Shown: positions 28,514-37,637 of the stretch, one piece after another
Numbering within the stretch: the stretch's first letter is position 1
Layout: each line of letters starts with the position of its first letter
Assembly (NCBI GenBank): GCA_039588275.1
Contig: JBDHAC010000030.1
Span: 1 to 37,637 of the forward strand
Length of the DNA stretch: 37,637 nt
From: Gemmatimonadota bacterium
GTDB taxonomy: Bacteria; Gemmatimonadota; Gemmatimonadetes; Palauibacterales; Palauibacteraceae
Direction: 5' to 3'
Notes under the pieces: model-generated
Databases searched by the model: none
Told to the model about the DNA's origin: nothing
What the model saw: only the letters and a program-made list of their open reading frames with translations
Position numbers and translations under genes: made by a program

Positions 28514-29425
28514 ATCGTGCGATCCATGGATCGCTGACAGGTACTGGCGTATGACCTGTGTCCTGAGCGCGCTGTTCGGAGCCGCCTCGATGTAGAGCTT
28601 GTACAGCGCCTGCCAGTGGCCGATCGCGTTCGACGCGAGCGTCTCGAACTCCCCCTTCCTCCCCGCGCTCTGTGCGTCGACGAGCCGTGGGACCAGCGCC
28701 GTGATCGCCTCGCGGTGCAGGACCAGGCGTTCCCTGATCGGTCCGGAACCGGCGCGCCGCTCGATCCGGCGGGCGTACTCCATGCGCGCGTCGTAGGTCT
28801 CGCCCAGCGCCAGGGCGAGCATCCGTCGCTTGGGGCCCTGCTTCTCGTCCGCGAGCTGGGCTGGAGTCGGCGGTTCCAGCCCGACGGCCATGAACGGGAG
28901 CGCCGGGTTGTCGTGCGCGAACAGCCCATGCGGGCTGGGGGCATCGGTCCACACGTGGATCATGGCCACCGGATCGGATTCGGGCTGTCCCCCGCGCGCA
29001 TCACAATCCCGACTGTCGTGCGCGAGCGCCGTCCCCTCTTGCGGCACCTCGAAGCACCACGAGTGCGTGTGCCACCGCACGTCCACTTCACCGATCCTGG
29101 TCGGTGGCTCCTCGTACGGATCGAGGGCGACCAAGTAGGCGCTCCCGACCCGCACGAGATCTCCGTTCATCCGGTTGAAGAGGATGAACAGCGGTCGGTC
29201 GAGGTCAGCCCGGCGGTCCGGGTCGACGTCGAGAATCCAGTGCTCGCCCTGGAACGGCGAGCGGTCCAGCTGGTCGGGAGACTCGAACGGCGCGAAGCCC
29301 GCCGCGCGCGCGTCGGCCGTGTCCCGAATCTCGGAGATCGCCTCGCGGGCGGCGTCCAGGATCCGCTCCTGCGTGGGCGTGACCGCCTGGAGCGCGGCCA
29401 TGACTATCCCCTTGGCCATGAGCAT
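28487..29425 (-). CDS. Hypothetical protein with conserved-looking His motifs (possible metalloprotein)
   Basis: 312-aa ORF with GEHW, WHTHSWC, MIHVW and PHGLFAHDNP. Start uncertain. Confidence 0.7.
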   Translation of the reverse strand: MLMAKGIVMAALQAVTPTQERILDAAREAISEIRDTADARAAGFAPFESPDQLDRSPFQGEHWILDVDPDRRADLDRPLFILFNRMNGDLVRVGSAYLVALDPYEEPPTRIGEVDVRWHTHSWCFEVPQEGTALAHDSRDCDARGGQPESDPVAMIHVWTDAPSPHGLFAHDNPALPFMAVGLEPPTPAQLADEKQGPKRRMLALALGETYDARMEYARRIERRAGSGPIRERLVLHREAITALVPRLVDAQSAGRKGEFETLASNAIGHWQALYKLYIEAAPNSALRTQVIRQYLSAIHGSHDATQGGHRH

Positions 29426-29479
29426 CAGGTGCTACTCTGCTGAAAGAGTTGGTCCGGAGTTCACACCGATCCGAACACC

Positions 29480-31165
29480 TCAGCGGCCGATCCGGTCCAA
29501 AAAGGGCGCGACGTCCAGGAGCTCGATGTCGTCTCGCTCGCGCAGATTACGGAGGAACCAGCCCTTGTGACCGGCGCCATAGGTGATCAGAAACCGGCGT
29601 CCCTCACCCCGGTGACGGTCGAGGGTCTCCGAGATGTTGGCGTAGTGCGCTGCGTTGATATGATCCCACCCCCCCGGGCCCAGCTCATCGTTGAACAGGC
29701 GGTTGTACACCGCGTAGCGGATCTCGATGGCCTCGTCATACGCGTCCGTGTGGATCCAGCGCGGATCATCGGGTTCTCCACCGGCGCCTACCGCCGAGTC
29801 CGCTCGCGCGCTCGCCCGTTCGAACTGTTGCCAGGCCGCCGCCCATGCCGGGTCGTCCTGGATCTCTCGCAAGCGCTGGGCGCGGAAGTCGGACATGTGT
29901 CGGTTCCAACCCGCGGTCGCGACGACCTCGAACCGCAACTCGCGAGTGAGCGGAAACAGCACGTCTACGTATTCAGGGAAGAGGGCGACCCTGGGCTCAT
30001 CGATCCCCCCCGTGTCCCCGAACTCCGCCGCGGCCCGGTCGAGGCGGTTGGGTGGAATCTCCACGAGCCAGTAGTCCGGGTCGATAGCACGAACGAGCTT
30101 CTCGAGGACCTCGATTCCGTACCGGTCGCTCACCCGATGGTCGCCGTGGATCGTGCCCAGCACGACCACCTCGTTCCGCTCGTCGCGCTGTCGGTGCCTC
30201 GGTGGCGGGGGCGCCTCGAGCACCGTGAGGATCCCGGCGCCCTCGACTGAAACCAGCACCCGACGACCGTCGGGATGGACTCGAACCACCATCGGCTTGC
30301 CACCGACGTCGATGTCCTGAATTACGCGACGCGCGGAGATGTCCAGGATCGACACGGTCGTGGAATCGGCGTTGTTCACGACCCCGTAGCGCCCGTCACG
30401 AGTGACGGCGATCGAGAACGGGCGCGGTCCCACACCCTCGCTCACTCGTGCAGTCACCTCGAACGAGGCGGTGTTCAGGTAGGCGATCTCGTTCGTGAAG
30501 CCGCAAGCAACCAGATAATGGACGCCGTCGCGCGTGAGCGCCCCGCCCTGAGGTCCGGGACATACCTCGACGGTCGCCGCGACCTCTTCAGCCAGCAGGT
30601 CGAGCACCATCACGGTCCCGTCCCCGAAGTGGGGTATGAACGCGAGCGACCCGTCGGCCATCGCCGACGGGGGGTAGGGCCGATCCCCGGTCGGGAAGCT
30701 CACCACCGGTATGCCCATCTCGGTGTCGATCGCGGTCAGGCGGTTGGCGAACTGCGATGCGATGTAGGACAGTCCCCAGGCGGCCTCGAGCGTGAAGAGC
30801 GACGGCCCGGGACCCACGACAATGGGCTCGCCAGCTGGCCGTCCATCCGGATCGAGCAGAGCGAGCGTGGAGTCGCCGAAGTTCGACACCAGCCAACCAC
30901 GTCCGGTGGGCAGGAGATCGATCGGCGTCCCTCCGGTCTCCCAACGGTCCACGACCTCGGCTCGATCCAGATCCACGACGGCTATCGCGCCCGCTCGGGG
31001 GAGCGCCACGAACGCGGTGTCACCGTCGTCGCTGAACCGGATCCCGCTAGGTGCGGTGGCGATCTCGATGGTGGTGAGAACCTCGAATCGCGAGGCGGTG
31101 TCAGCGCACGCGGCGGCGCCGATCGCGAGCACCGCGAGCACAGCGCGCGGGGCGCCCTGCCTCAC
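29480..31165 (-). CDS. Lipoprotein: YncE/YVTN beta-propeller fused to a TraB/Tiki-like (DUF5694-like) domain
   Basis: Lipobox-like GAAAC; repeated G..P blades (TGGTP, VGPGP, TGDRP, VGPRP, VGGKP); C-terminal VLGTIH, LVE and GAGH. Confidence 0.7.
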   Translation of the reverse strand: MRQGAPRAVLAVLAIGAAACADTASRFEVLTTIEIATAPSGIRFSDDGDTAFVALPRAGAIAVVDLDRAEVVDRWETGGTPIDLLPTGRGWLVSNFGDSTLALLDPDGRPAGEPIVVGPGPSLFTLEAAWGLSYIASQFANRLTAIDTEMGIPVVSFPTGDRPYPPSAMADGSLAFIPHFGDGTVMVLDLLAEEVAATVEVCPGPQGGALTRDGVHYLVACGFTNEIAYLNTASFEVTARVSEGVGPRPFSIAVTRDGRYGVVNNADSTTVSILDISARRVIQDIDVGGKPMVVRVHPDGRRVLVSVEGAGILTVLEAPPPPRHRQRDERNEVVVLGTIHGDHRVSDRYGIEVLEKLVRAIDPDYWLVEIPPNRLDRAAAEFGDTGGIDEPRVALFPEYVDVLFPLTRELRFEVVATAGWNRHMSDFRAQRLREIQDDPAWAAAWQQFERASARADSAVGAGGEPDDPRWIHTDAYDEAIEIRYAVYNRLFNDELGPGGWDHINAAHYANISETLDRHRGEGRRFLITYGAGHKGWFLRNLRERDDIELLDVAPFLDRIGR

Positions 31166-31200
31166 GCGATGAGTGGGAGTTCGGCGGGGATTCGACCGAG

Positions 31201-31824
31201 TCAGTCGTCCAACTCGTACGCGACCCGTAGCCAAGCCTCCACTTCGTCGTCGATCTCCTCCACCGAGCCTATGGGGATCCGGTGCGTGATCCGATCCCTC
31301 TTCTCGAGTCCCCCGGTGGGGAGCAAACGATCGGGAAGCTCGCCATCGTACAGCTTGAGCGCGAGACCGAGGTCTATGCGCGTTTGCGTGGTCGGCTTGA
31401 TCTCGGCGAAGACCCGTTTCCGGTAGAGCGGGATGATCGTCTTGCACGGACAGACCTTCACGTCTTCCCCCAACGCGCGTCCCAGCTCGACCAACCGATC
31501 GTGAATCGGGCGCAGCTCCACCTTCGGGCCCGCGTACATCGCTTCCACATACTCGGTCGCCGCCTCCAGGTACGCGTTCGGATCGGTGCTCTCGGCGCCC
31601 TTGCCCATGGATAGCTCGGCGATCAGCCAGGCCGTCGTGCCTCCGATCCCGTGTTCGGACTTGAGCCACTCACGACGTTCCTTTTCCCCCTCGGGGCCGG
31701 ATTCCTCGATCAGCCGAATCCACTCCTCGAGCGAGCGCCCCGTCTTGTCGGGCAGGTTGTCCAGGATCCTACGCGTGTACGCCACGGACGGGTGCACGCT
31801 GTAGATCGTATCGGTACTCAGCAT
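31201..31824 (-). CDS. DUF4287/DUF5655 domain protein
   Basis: NLPDKTGRSLEEW...WLKSEHG, then CKTIIPLYRKRVFA...RIDLGL...THRI...WLRVAY. Confidence 0.8.
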   Translation of the reverse strand: MLSTDTIYSVHPSVAYTRRILDNLPDKTGRSLEEWIRLIEESGPEGEKERREWLKSEHGIGGTTAWLIAELSMGKGAESTDPNAYLEAATEYVEAMYAGPKVELRPIHDRLVELGRALGEDVKVCPCKTIIPLYRKRVFAEIKPTTQTRIDLGLALKLYDGELPDRLLPTGGLEKRDRITHRIPIGSVEEIDDEVEAWLRVAYELDD

Positions 31825-31978
31825 CTGTATCGCTCCAATCGAACTTCGACCACGCTGCAGGAATCCATCGCGCGCCAGGCGCGGTGCCTTGCTCGCTTCA
31901 CGGCTAGCTCGGCCAAGCCACAATGGCAAGAGGAGGCGGGCCCTCTCCTCGCCGAGCCCTCGGCGCCGCGGAGGCGTC

Positions 31979-32848
31979 TCACGCCGCTCGCCCCATGAAG
32001 CTCGTGCTCAGCTCCCATAGCTCGCGGGCGAGCTCCTCATCATACGCCTGCCGTGCTGCGCGCGTTTCTTCTTCGACGTTGAAGTAACGTCCGGTCACGT
32101 CCGCCAGATCCGGGTCGGCCGCGAGCCGGAAGACTGCGTATCCACCGACACCCGGCTTAGCCATGAAGGGCTTGAACACCCGCATGAGCAGGCTGGCGGG
32201 GTTGTGGTTCTGGTTCCAGATCCGAGTGGAGAGCGTGCCGGGGTGAAGCGCGTTGCTGGTGATCCCGTCATTCCCGTACCTGCGGGTCAGCTCGTGGGTG
32301 AACAGCACGTTGGCGAGCTTCGAGTCACAGTAGGCCTGAAAGGAGCGGTAGCGAATGTCTCCCTTGAGGATCCGCTCGAGCGGTGCTCGGCGCAGGTCTC
32401 CACGCCGGTGCCCGTCGGAGCTGACGTTCACGATCCGGCCCTCGCCCGCCCTGAGCAGATCCAACACCTGCTGGGTCAGCCGGAAGTGGCCCACGTGATT
32501 GGTGGCCATGGTGACCTCGAGACCGTCTCGCGTCCGCTCGCGGCGCGCGCGGTACACGCCGGCGTTGTTGACAAGGGCGTCGATGCGGTCGAGTCGATCG
32601 GCCAGGCGGCCTGCAAGCGCCTGGACCGATTCCGCAGAGGACATGTCCGCGATCTCCAGCTGCACCCGGTCCGGGCTCGACAGCCGCTGCACCGCGGCCA
32701 GCGCCGCTTCGCCGCGCGCTCGGTCGCGGCACACCATGACGACGCTCGCGCCCGATGCCGCGAGCAACTCGCTCGCCGATCGGCCGATCCCGGAGTTCGC
32801 GCCGGTGACCACCGCTATCGCGTGACGCACCTCGGAGAGGGTCGCCAT
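31979..32848 (-). CDS. Short-chain dehydrogenase/reductase (retinol dehydrogenase-like)
   Basis: TGANSGIG, NNAG, NHVGHF, YCDSK and LHPG motifs. True start at ATG 32848 (the ORF track overextends it). Confidence 0.92.
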   Translation of the reverse strand: MATLSEVRHAIAVVTGANSGIGRSASELLAASGASVVMVCRDRARGEAALAAVQRLSSPDRVQLEIADMSSAESVQALAGRLADRLDRIDALVNNAGVYRARRERTRDGLEVTMATNHVGHFRLTQQVLDLLRAGEGRIVNVSSDGHRRGDLRRAPLERILKGDIRYRSFQAYCDSKLANVLFTHELTRRYGNDGITSNALHPGTLSTRIWNQNHNPASLLMRVFKPFMAKPGVGGYAVFRLAADPDLADVTGRYFNVEEETRAARQAYDEELARELWELSTSFMGRAA

Positions 32849-33552
32849 CAGGGTTTCTTCACTCGGTAACGAATGATCGTCAAGTAGCGCTCCGGGTCGC
32901 CCGGTCCGGTCATCGTCGGCCCGCGGACGTACTCTTCTTCGTGGCCGCGTTCGGGCACGTAGCCCGCGGCTCGCACGAAGTCCAGCAGCCGTTCGATGGT
33001 CGGCGCCTCTTCCGTGTACGGGCCGACGTGCAGGATCTCGGCGATCTCGCCGTACTTCCACTCTTCGAGCGACGCGACGAGGCCCTCGCGCGCCTGGTGT
33101 CGCGGGAGCTGCGTAACGGTCCGTGGCACGGGCAAAGCATAGCGACCGACCCAATCGGTCTTGGGTCCCTCGAGCGACTCGGGCCAGCGCGCGCGGGGGA
33201 ATTGAAACCCGGGTCCTTTCGGCGTCTCGGGAATCGAGAAGTACAGCTGGAACACCAGCCCGAACGCGGCCGCGCCGATGGTGTTCGGATCTCCTTCGGC
33301 GGTCACCACCAGCATCCACTCGTCGGGGCGCTCCGATATGCGAGGTTCCTTGAGGTGCGCGACCTGCGCCAGCGCGGGATCCTGAGCCGCAGTGGACTCC
33401 TGAGCCGCAGCGGGCTCCTGACCCGCGGCGGGCTCCTGACCCGCGGCGGGCTCCTGACCCGCGGCAGCCGGCGGGAAGGTCAGAGCCAGACCGCAAATGC
33501 CGAGAAGAGTCGACCGCGGCGCCGAGAGCGCCAGACCGTGATTCAAGGACAC
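32848..33552 (-). CDS. Exported GyrI-like small-molecule-binding protein with N-terminal hexapeptide repeats
   Basis: Signal peptide, (AAGQEP)n linker, LHVGPYTEE, HEEEY and TIIRY motifs. Confidence 0.8.
   Translation of the reverse strand: MSLNHGLALSAPRSTLLGICGLALTFPPAAAGQEPAAGQEPAAGQEPAAAQESTAAQDPALAQVAHLKEPRISERPDEWMLVVTAEGDPNTIGAAAFGLVFQLYFSIPETPKGPGFQFPRARWPESLEGPKTDWVGRYALPVPRTVTQLPRHQAREGLVASLEEWKYGEIAEILHVGPYTEEAPTIERLLDFVRAAGYVPERGHEEEYVRGPTMTGPGDPERYLTIIRYRVKKP
33375..33465 (-). repeat. In-frame 18-bp tandem repeat x5 encoding AAGQEP/AAAQES/TAAQDP
   Basis: TCCTGACCCGCGGCGGGC-type units at 33380, 33398, 33416, 33434 and 33452. Confidence 0.9.
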
Positions 33553-33570
33553 GTTACACCTCTGATATCG

Positions 33571-34845
33571 CTAGTCCTCCTGCATCTCGGCCGCCACTCG
33601 CTCCACTTCGCGCCATACGCGCAATGTGTTCCCGCCCCAAAGCTGCCGAATCTCGTCCTCGTCGTAGCCGCGTCGCACGAGCTCCAGGGTGACGTTGAAG
33701 GTCTCCGAGGCATCGTTCCAGCCCCGGACGCCACCGCCGCCGTCGAAGTCCGAGCTGATCCCCACGTGATCGATACCGAGCAGCTCCACCGCATGGTCGA
33801 TGTGATCCACGAAGTCCGCCACGGTGGGACCCGGGTGGCGCTCTTCCACCTCGGCCATCCCCATGCGAAAGGCCTCGATCTGCTCGTCCGTCGCCTGTGA
33901 CATGCGTTCGATCCCGATTCGTTCGCGGAGCGCCTGGATCGCCTCCCCGCGCTCGGGCGGAGGGACCTGCACGAAGGAGCCCAACGCGACCATCTGGATC
34001 ACGCCCCCGTTCTCCGCCAGCGCCCGTAGCTGGTCGTCATCCATGTTGCGCGGGTGGTCGGCGAGGGCACGCGTGCTCGAATGAGAGGCAATCACGGGGG
34101 CGCGCGACAAACGCATCGCGTCGAGACTCGCTTGCTTCGAGATGTGTGACACGTCGACCATGATCCCGAGGCGGTTCATCTCGGCGATCACCTCCTCGCC
34201 GAACTCGCTCACACCGCCGTGCTCCTCCTCCTCATCTCCGAGGTTCTCTCGCGGCGAGGACGAATCTGCGATGTCGTTGTGTCCCCCGTGCGCGAGGGTG
34301 ATGTAGCGCGCGCCGAGCTCGTGATACGTTTCGAGGAGTGACAGGTCCTTGCCGATCACGTACCCGTTCTCGATCCCGATCGCCGCGACCAGTCTTCCTT
34401 CGCCATGGATGCGCTCGACGTCGTCCGCGGTGTAGGCAAGCTCGATCAGCTCCGGGTACATGTCGTCGGTCATCCGGTGGATCGCCTCGAATTTCGTCAT
34501 CGCGTCGGACTTCGCCCGCTCGTAATTCTCCGACGTCCGTTCGGTCTGCCCGACGTAGACGATGAAGAAGCCCACGTCCAGTCCGCCTGCACGCATTTTC
34601 TCCAGGTTCACCTGGCGATCCGCGTTCAGTGGATCGAGCTCGGGCGTGGCGAAGTTGGGCGGGATGTCGTCGTGTGTATCGATGGAGATCACGCGCTCGT
34701 GGATCTCCCTCGCCCGTGTCTCCAATTCGCTCTCGGCGGCCTGGTCGCCGCTGTCGGATGTCCCGTTCGACGCTCCACCTCCGCAGGCGGCGAGCGCCAA
34801 GGCTGCGAGCAGGACCGGGAGACGGTTACTGTGAAACGCGCGCAT
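33571..34845 (-). CDS. Membrane dipeptidase (M19), lipoprotein
   Basis: LAAC lipobox, IDTHDD, GIENG, DVSH, ASHS and SSDFDGG motifs. Confidence 0.92.
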   Translation of the reverse strand: MRAFHSNRLPVLLAALALAACGGGASNGTSDSGDQAAESELETRAREIHERVISIDTHDDIPPNFATPELDPLNADRQVNLEKMRAGGLDVGFFIVYVGQTERTSENYERAKSDAMTKFEAIHRMTDDMYPELIELAYTADDVERIHGEGRLVAAIGIENGYVIGKDLSLLETYHELGARYITLAHGGHNDIADSSSPRENLGDEEEEHGGVSEFGEEVIAEMNRLGIMVDVSHISKQASLDAMRLSRAPVIASHSSTRALADHPRNMDDDQLRALAENGGVIQMVALGSFVQVPPPERGEAIQALRERIGIERMSQATDEQIEAFRMGMAEVEERHPGPTVADFVDHIDHAVELLGIDHVGISSDFDGGGGVRGWNDASETFNVTLELVRRGYDEDEIRQLWGGNTLRVWREVERVAAEMQED

Positions 34846-34952
34846 GATCGCACTCCGGGTTATGCCTGAACGTCGAGCCCGGTTCGTGGGCCGATTTTTT
34901 GACCGACAGAAGGTGAGACATCCGAGCCTACGGGCGCAAACGGAGGACATAC

Positions 34953-35978
34953 GTGAGCCAACCCGTGTCGCGTGAGCCGATGGCGGCCGCGGAGCGCCCG
35001 CTCCAGCGAGTAGTCCGCTCGATTCTCGGGGTCATGGCGGTGGCGTGCGTGCTGGGGCTCGCGCCCCAGGTAGTGGCGGCGCAATCCCGGCAACCCCCGA
35101 GCGACGACGAAGCGGCCGGCCCGAGAAAGAAGGTCATCCTGATCGGAATCGACGGTGTGCGTCCCGACGTGTTAGCCGAGGTAGTCTCGCCGAACATCGA
35201 TTCGCTGATCGCCAATGGTGCGTACAGCGACCGGGCGCGCACAGCGTCCCCCACGGTCAGCGGACCGGCGTGGTCCAGCATGCTCATCGGCGTATGGCCC
35301 GAACAGCACGGGGTAACGAGCAACAACTTCAGGGAAAACCGATACGATGAGTTCCCCGACTTCCTCACCAGGATCGAGCGGGTTCGGCCCGAGCTGGGCA
35401 CCTTCGCCGTCGCGGACTGGCTACCCCTGGTAGCGGACAACGCGGGCGGCCCTCTGATCGGCGACGAGCCGGACGTCAAGATAGTATTCAACGGGTACGA
35501 GCTGGGTTGGGCGGAAGCGGACGAGCGATCGGTGGCGCTTGCCGTCGAGCACCTCCGAGCGGGGGACCCGGACGCCATGTTCGTCTATCTCGGCAACCCC
35601 GATGAGACCAGTCACCAGACGAGGTCCATCGGAGAAGAGTACCGCGCGGCGATCGCCCTGGCCGATCACCACGTGGGTCTCTTGCTGGGTGCGATCCGCG
35701 CCAGACCCACCTACAAGGAAGAAGACTGGCTCGTCCTCATGAGCACGGATCACGGCCGGCTTCCGGATGGCGGCCACGGAGGCGACTCCGAGGTCGAGCG
35801 CACCATCCTTTATCTCGCCAGCGGCCCGTCTTCCGCGAGGGGCACGCTGCCCGGCACTCCCGAGATCGTCGACGTCGCGGTCACGGCGCTCACGCACTTG
35901 GGCATCGAGATCGACCCTGCATGGAAGCTGGACGGGCGGGCCGTGGGTCTCAGGGCTGTCCGGCCCTGGTTTCGGTGA
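34953..35978 (+). CDS. Alkaline phosphatase family protein (nucleotide pyrophosphatase/phosphodiesterase type), exported
   Basis: Signal peptide, IGIDGVRPD, TVSGPAWSS, DETSH and TDHG motifs. Confidence 0.88.
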   Translation: MSQPVSREPMAAAERPLQRVVRSILGVMAVACVLGLAPQVVAAQSRQPPSDDEAAGPRKKVILIGIDGVRPDVLAEVVSPNIDSLIANGAYSDRARTASPTVSGPAWSSMLIGVWPEQHGVTSNNFRENRYDEFPDFLTRIERVRPELGTFAVADWLPLVADNAGGPLIGDEPDVKIVFNGYELGWAEADERSVALAVEHLRAGDPDAMFVYLGNPDETSHQTRSIGEEYRAAIALADHHVGLLLGAIRARPTYKEEDWLVLMSTDHGRLPDGGHGGDSEVERTILYLASGPSSARGTLPGTPEIVDVAVTALTHLGIEIDPAWKLDGRAVGLRAVRPWFR

Positions 35979-36011
35979 GCCGGGTTCACACCGCAGCGGA
36001 GCGCTTCGTCC

Positions 36012-37043
36012 TCAGTCGGCGACCCAGGCCGGATCGGCGTCGATCCTCCGCCGCAACGCGACTTTGTCCGCCTCGTCGAGCCAGCAAGCGTCGATCGCCT
36101 CGAACACGAGGCGGCATACATCAGCGCGCGTGAACTCGAGCTCGGACATCAGCGCCGCGAACTCGTCGACCAGCGTGTTGCCGAACATCTTCGGATCATC
36201 CGTGTTCACGCTGAGCGGAACTCCGCGCTCGAAGTAGGTGCGTGCCGGGTGGTCACGGAGAGAAGGTATCACTCCGGTACGAACGTTCGAGATCGGGCAC
36301 AGCTCCAACGGGATTCGGTGCTCCGCCAGATGGTCGACGAGCGCCGGGTCTTCCACTGCTCGCGTCCCGTGGCCGATCCGGTCCACCCGCAGGGCGTGAA
36401 TCGCCCCCCACACGCTCTCGGGGCCGGCCGCCTCACCCGCATGTGCGCTCGTTCGTAATCCCAGCTCACGCGCCCGCCGGTACACGGGCTCGTACGGCTC
36501 GGGCGGGAACTCGTGCTCGGAGCCCCCGATTCCGATCCCCACGACACCCAGGTCCCGGCACTCCGCCACGCGCTCGAGCGTCTCGGCCCCCTCCTCCGGC
36601 CCTTTGTTTCGTACGAGGTCGGGGACCAATGACATCCGGATTTCCTCGACGCGATCCAGACCGGCGCGAGTCGCCTGAATCATGGGTTGGGCGTCGAGTC
36701 CGTGCTGCGTGACATCCGCCGGCGAGATGAACGCCTCGACGTATCGGATGTTCTGTCCGGCGAGATCGCGTGCTGCGGCTTCGGCCAGAAAGGTGAAGTC
36801 CTCGTACTCGCGCAGGAAGGACTGCTTCCAGAGCCACGTTTCGATGAAATGCGCGAAGTCCCGGTACCTGAAACGTCGCTCCAGCGCTTCCAGCGAAGGC
36901 ACATCCGGATCCCCGCCGTACTTCTCGATCAGGGTCCAGAGGGCCGGTGGCGGGATCGCGCCCTCCAGATGCAGGTGTAGCTCTACCTTCGGGAGCCGCC
37001 CGAGCCACTCGAGGTCAGGGTCCTGCCGCACTCCAGGCTCCAC
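36012..37043 (-). CDS. add: Adenosine/adenine deaminase
   Basis: PKVELHLHLEG, AHAGE, RIGHG, CPISN and NTDDP motifs. Confidence 0.93.
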   Translation of the reverse strand: MEPGVRQDPDLEWLGRLPKVELHLHLEGAIPPPALWTLIEKYGGDPDVPSLEALERRFRYRDFAHFIETWLWKQSFLREYEDFTFLAEAAARDLAGQNIRYVEAFISPADVTQHGLDAQPMIQATRAGLDRVEEIRMSLVPDLVRNKGPEEGAETLERVAECRDLGVVGIGIGGSEHEFPPEPYEPVYRRARELGLRTSAHAGEAAGPESVWGAIHALRVDRIGHGTRAVEDPALVDHLAEHRIPLELCPISNVRTGVIPSLRDHPARTYFERGVPLSVNTDDPKMFGNTLVDEFAALMSELEFTRADVCRLVFEAIDACWLDEADKVALRRRIDADPAWVAD

Positions 37044-37044
37044 G

Positions 37045-37392
37045 CTAGCCGGCGATCAGCTCGAGCAGCTTTTCGATCGGCCGTCCGACCGCGGCGCGGC
37101 CTTCGAAGACGCCGATCGGGCGCTGGAGCAGCGTCGGGTGGTCGGCCATGATGGCGATGAGGCGGTCATCGCCCTCCTCGCCCGTCAGTCCGAGCTCCTT
37201 GAACGCCTTGTCGCGACGTCGGAGCATGTCACGAGCCTCCGCACCGAGCATCCCCAGCACCTCGCGGATCTCCTCCGCGCTCAACGGTTCGCGTCGGTAC
37301 TCGCGGTATTCGAACGGGATTCCGTGCTCCTGGAGCAAGGCGACCGCCTTGCGACACGTCCCTCAGGTGCGGGTGCAGATGAGCTGTAACAT
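37045..37392 (-). CDS. ArsC/Spx/MgsR family protein, probable selenoprotein (UxxC), 115 aa
   Basis: ATG 37392 gives MLQLICTRT-U(TGA 37363-37365)-GTCRKAVALLQEHGIPF...HPTLLQRPI. The TGA occupies the first Cys of the family CxxC motif. Confidence 0.85.
37329..37362 (-). promoter_or_regulatory. Putative bacterial SECIS element
   Basis: Directly after the UGA: GGGACGUGUC-GCAAGGC-GGUC-GCCUUGC-UCC. 7-bp stem (37335-37352); the G-starting apical loop begins 18 nt after the UGA. Confidence 0.75.
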
Positions 37393-37400
37393 CTCGCCTC

Positions 37401-37637
37401 TCAGGCATGCTCGCCGGGCGGCACGCGAAACAGGAATATCTTGTAGCGCTTCAGGCGCCGGAACTCTGTACCGTCGACCATAGCCTCGAGGTCTTCGAGC
37501 TCCCTCAGCTTCCTCCGCGCCACCCAACGCACGATCCGATGAAGATACGGGCGCTTCGCCCGCAGCGAGTCGGCGAAGATGTCCAGGGCCGGGTCCAGTC
37601 GGTTCTGAAGGAAGTCGCGCGCCACATCGAGAGTGGG
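37401..37637 (-). CDS. C-terminal end of a protein cut by the window edge (possibly a SAM-dependent methyltransferase)
   Basis: Frame open to the window edge: PTLDVARDFLQNRL...YKIFLFRV; stop 8 nt before the ArsC-family start. Product is a weak guess. Confidence 0.45.
   Translation of the reverse strand, partial: PTLDVARDFLQNRLDPALDIFADSLRAKRPYLHRIVRWVARRKLRELEDLEAMVDGTEFRRLKRYKIFLFRVPPGEHA

Noticed and set aside
31166..33496. N-terminal extensions given in the ORF track for the propeller lipoprotein (to 31669) and the SDR (to 33496)
   Set aside because: They overlap other genuine genes on the same strand; better starts exist at 31165 and 32848.

Overview
High-GC bacterial window, perhaps Gemmatimonadota-like (inferred from gene style only), with four blocks. 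(1) 1-14.3 kb: a + strand surface-glycosylation locus. It carries a GT87 enzyme, an unusual YvcK/CofD-family + degenerate GT2 fusion, a HAD hydrolase, a nucleotidyltransferase, two GT2s, a Thr-type sulfatase-like enzyme, a methyltransferase, an ArnT/GT39-like enzyme, a DegT aminotransferase, rfbB and rfbA, but no rfbC/D. (2) 14.3-21 kb: an aminotransferase, AraC, a rearranged intergenic region (structured element plus a DUF35 relic), a Nudix CoA pyrophosphatase, IorAB-type Mo enzyme genes and a decayed ABC-ATPase fragment. (3) 21-24 kb: an archaeal-type HMG-CoA synthase-thiolase-DUF35 operon with an extra small gene. (4) 24-37.6 kb: mostly envelope, redox and hydrolase genes, ending in add and an ArsC/Spx-family gene that the ORF track truncates. 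That gene has an in-frame UGA in a UxxC motif followed by a SECIS-like hairpin, so it is a probable selenoprotein. No rRNA, tRNA, CRISPR array or intact transposase/integrase was recognised. All calls come from reading motifs by eye; no database searches were run.
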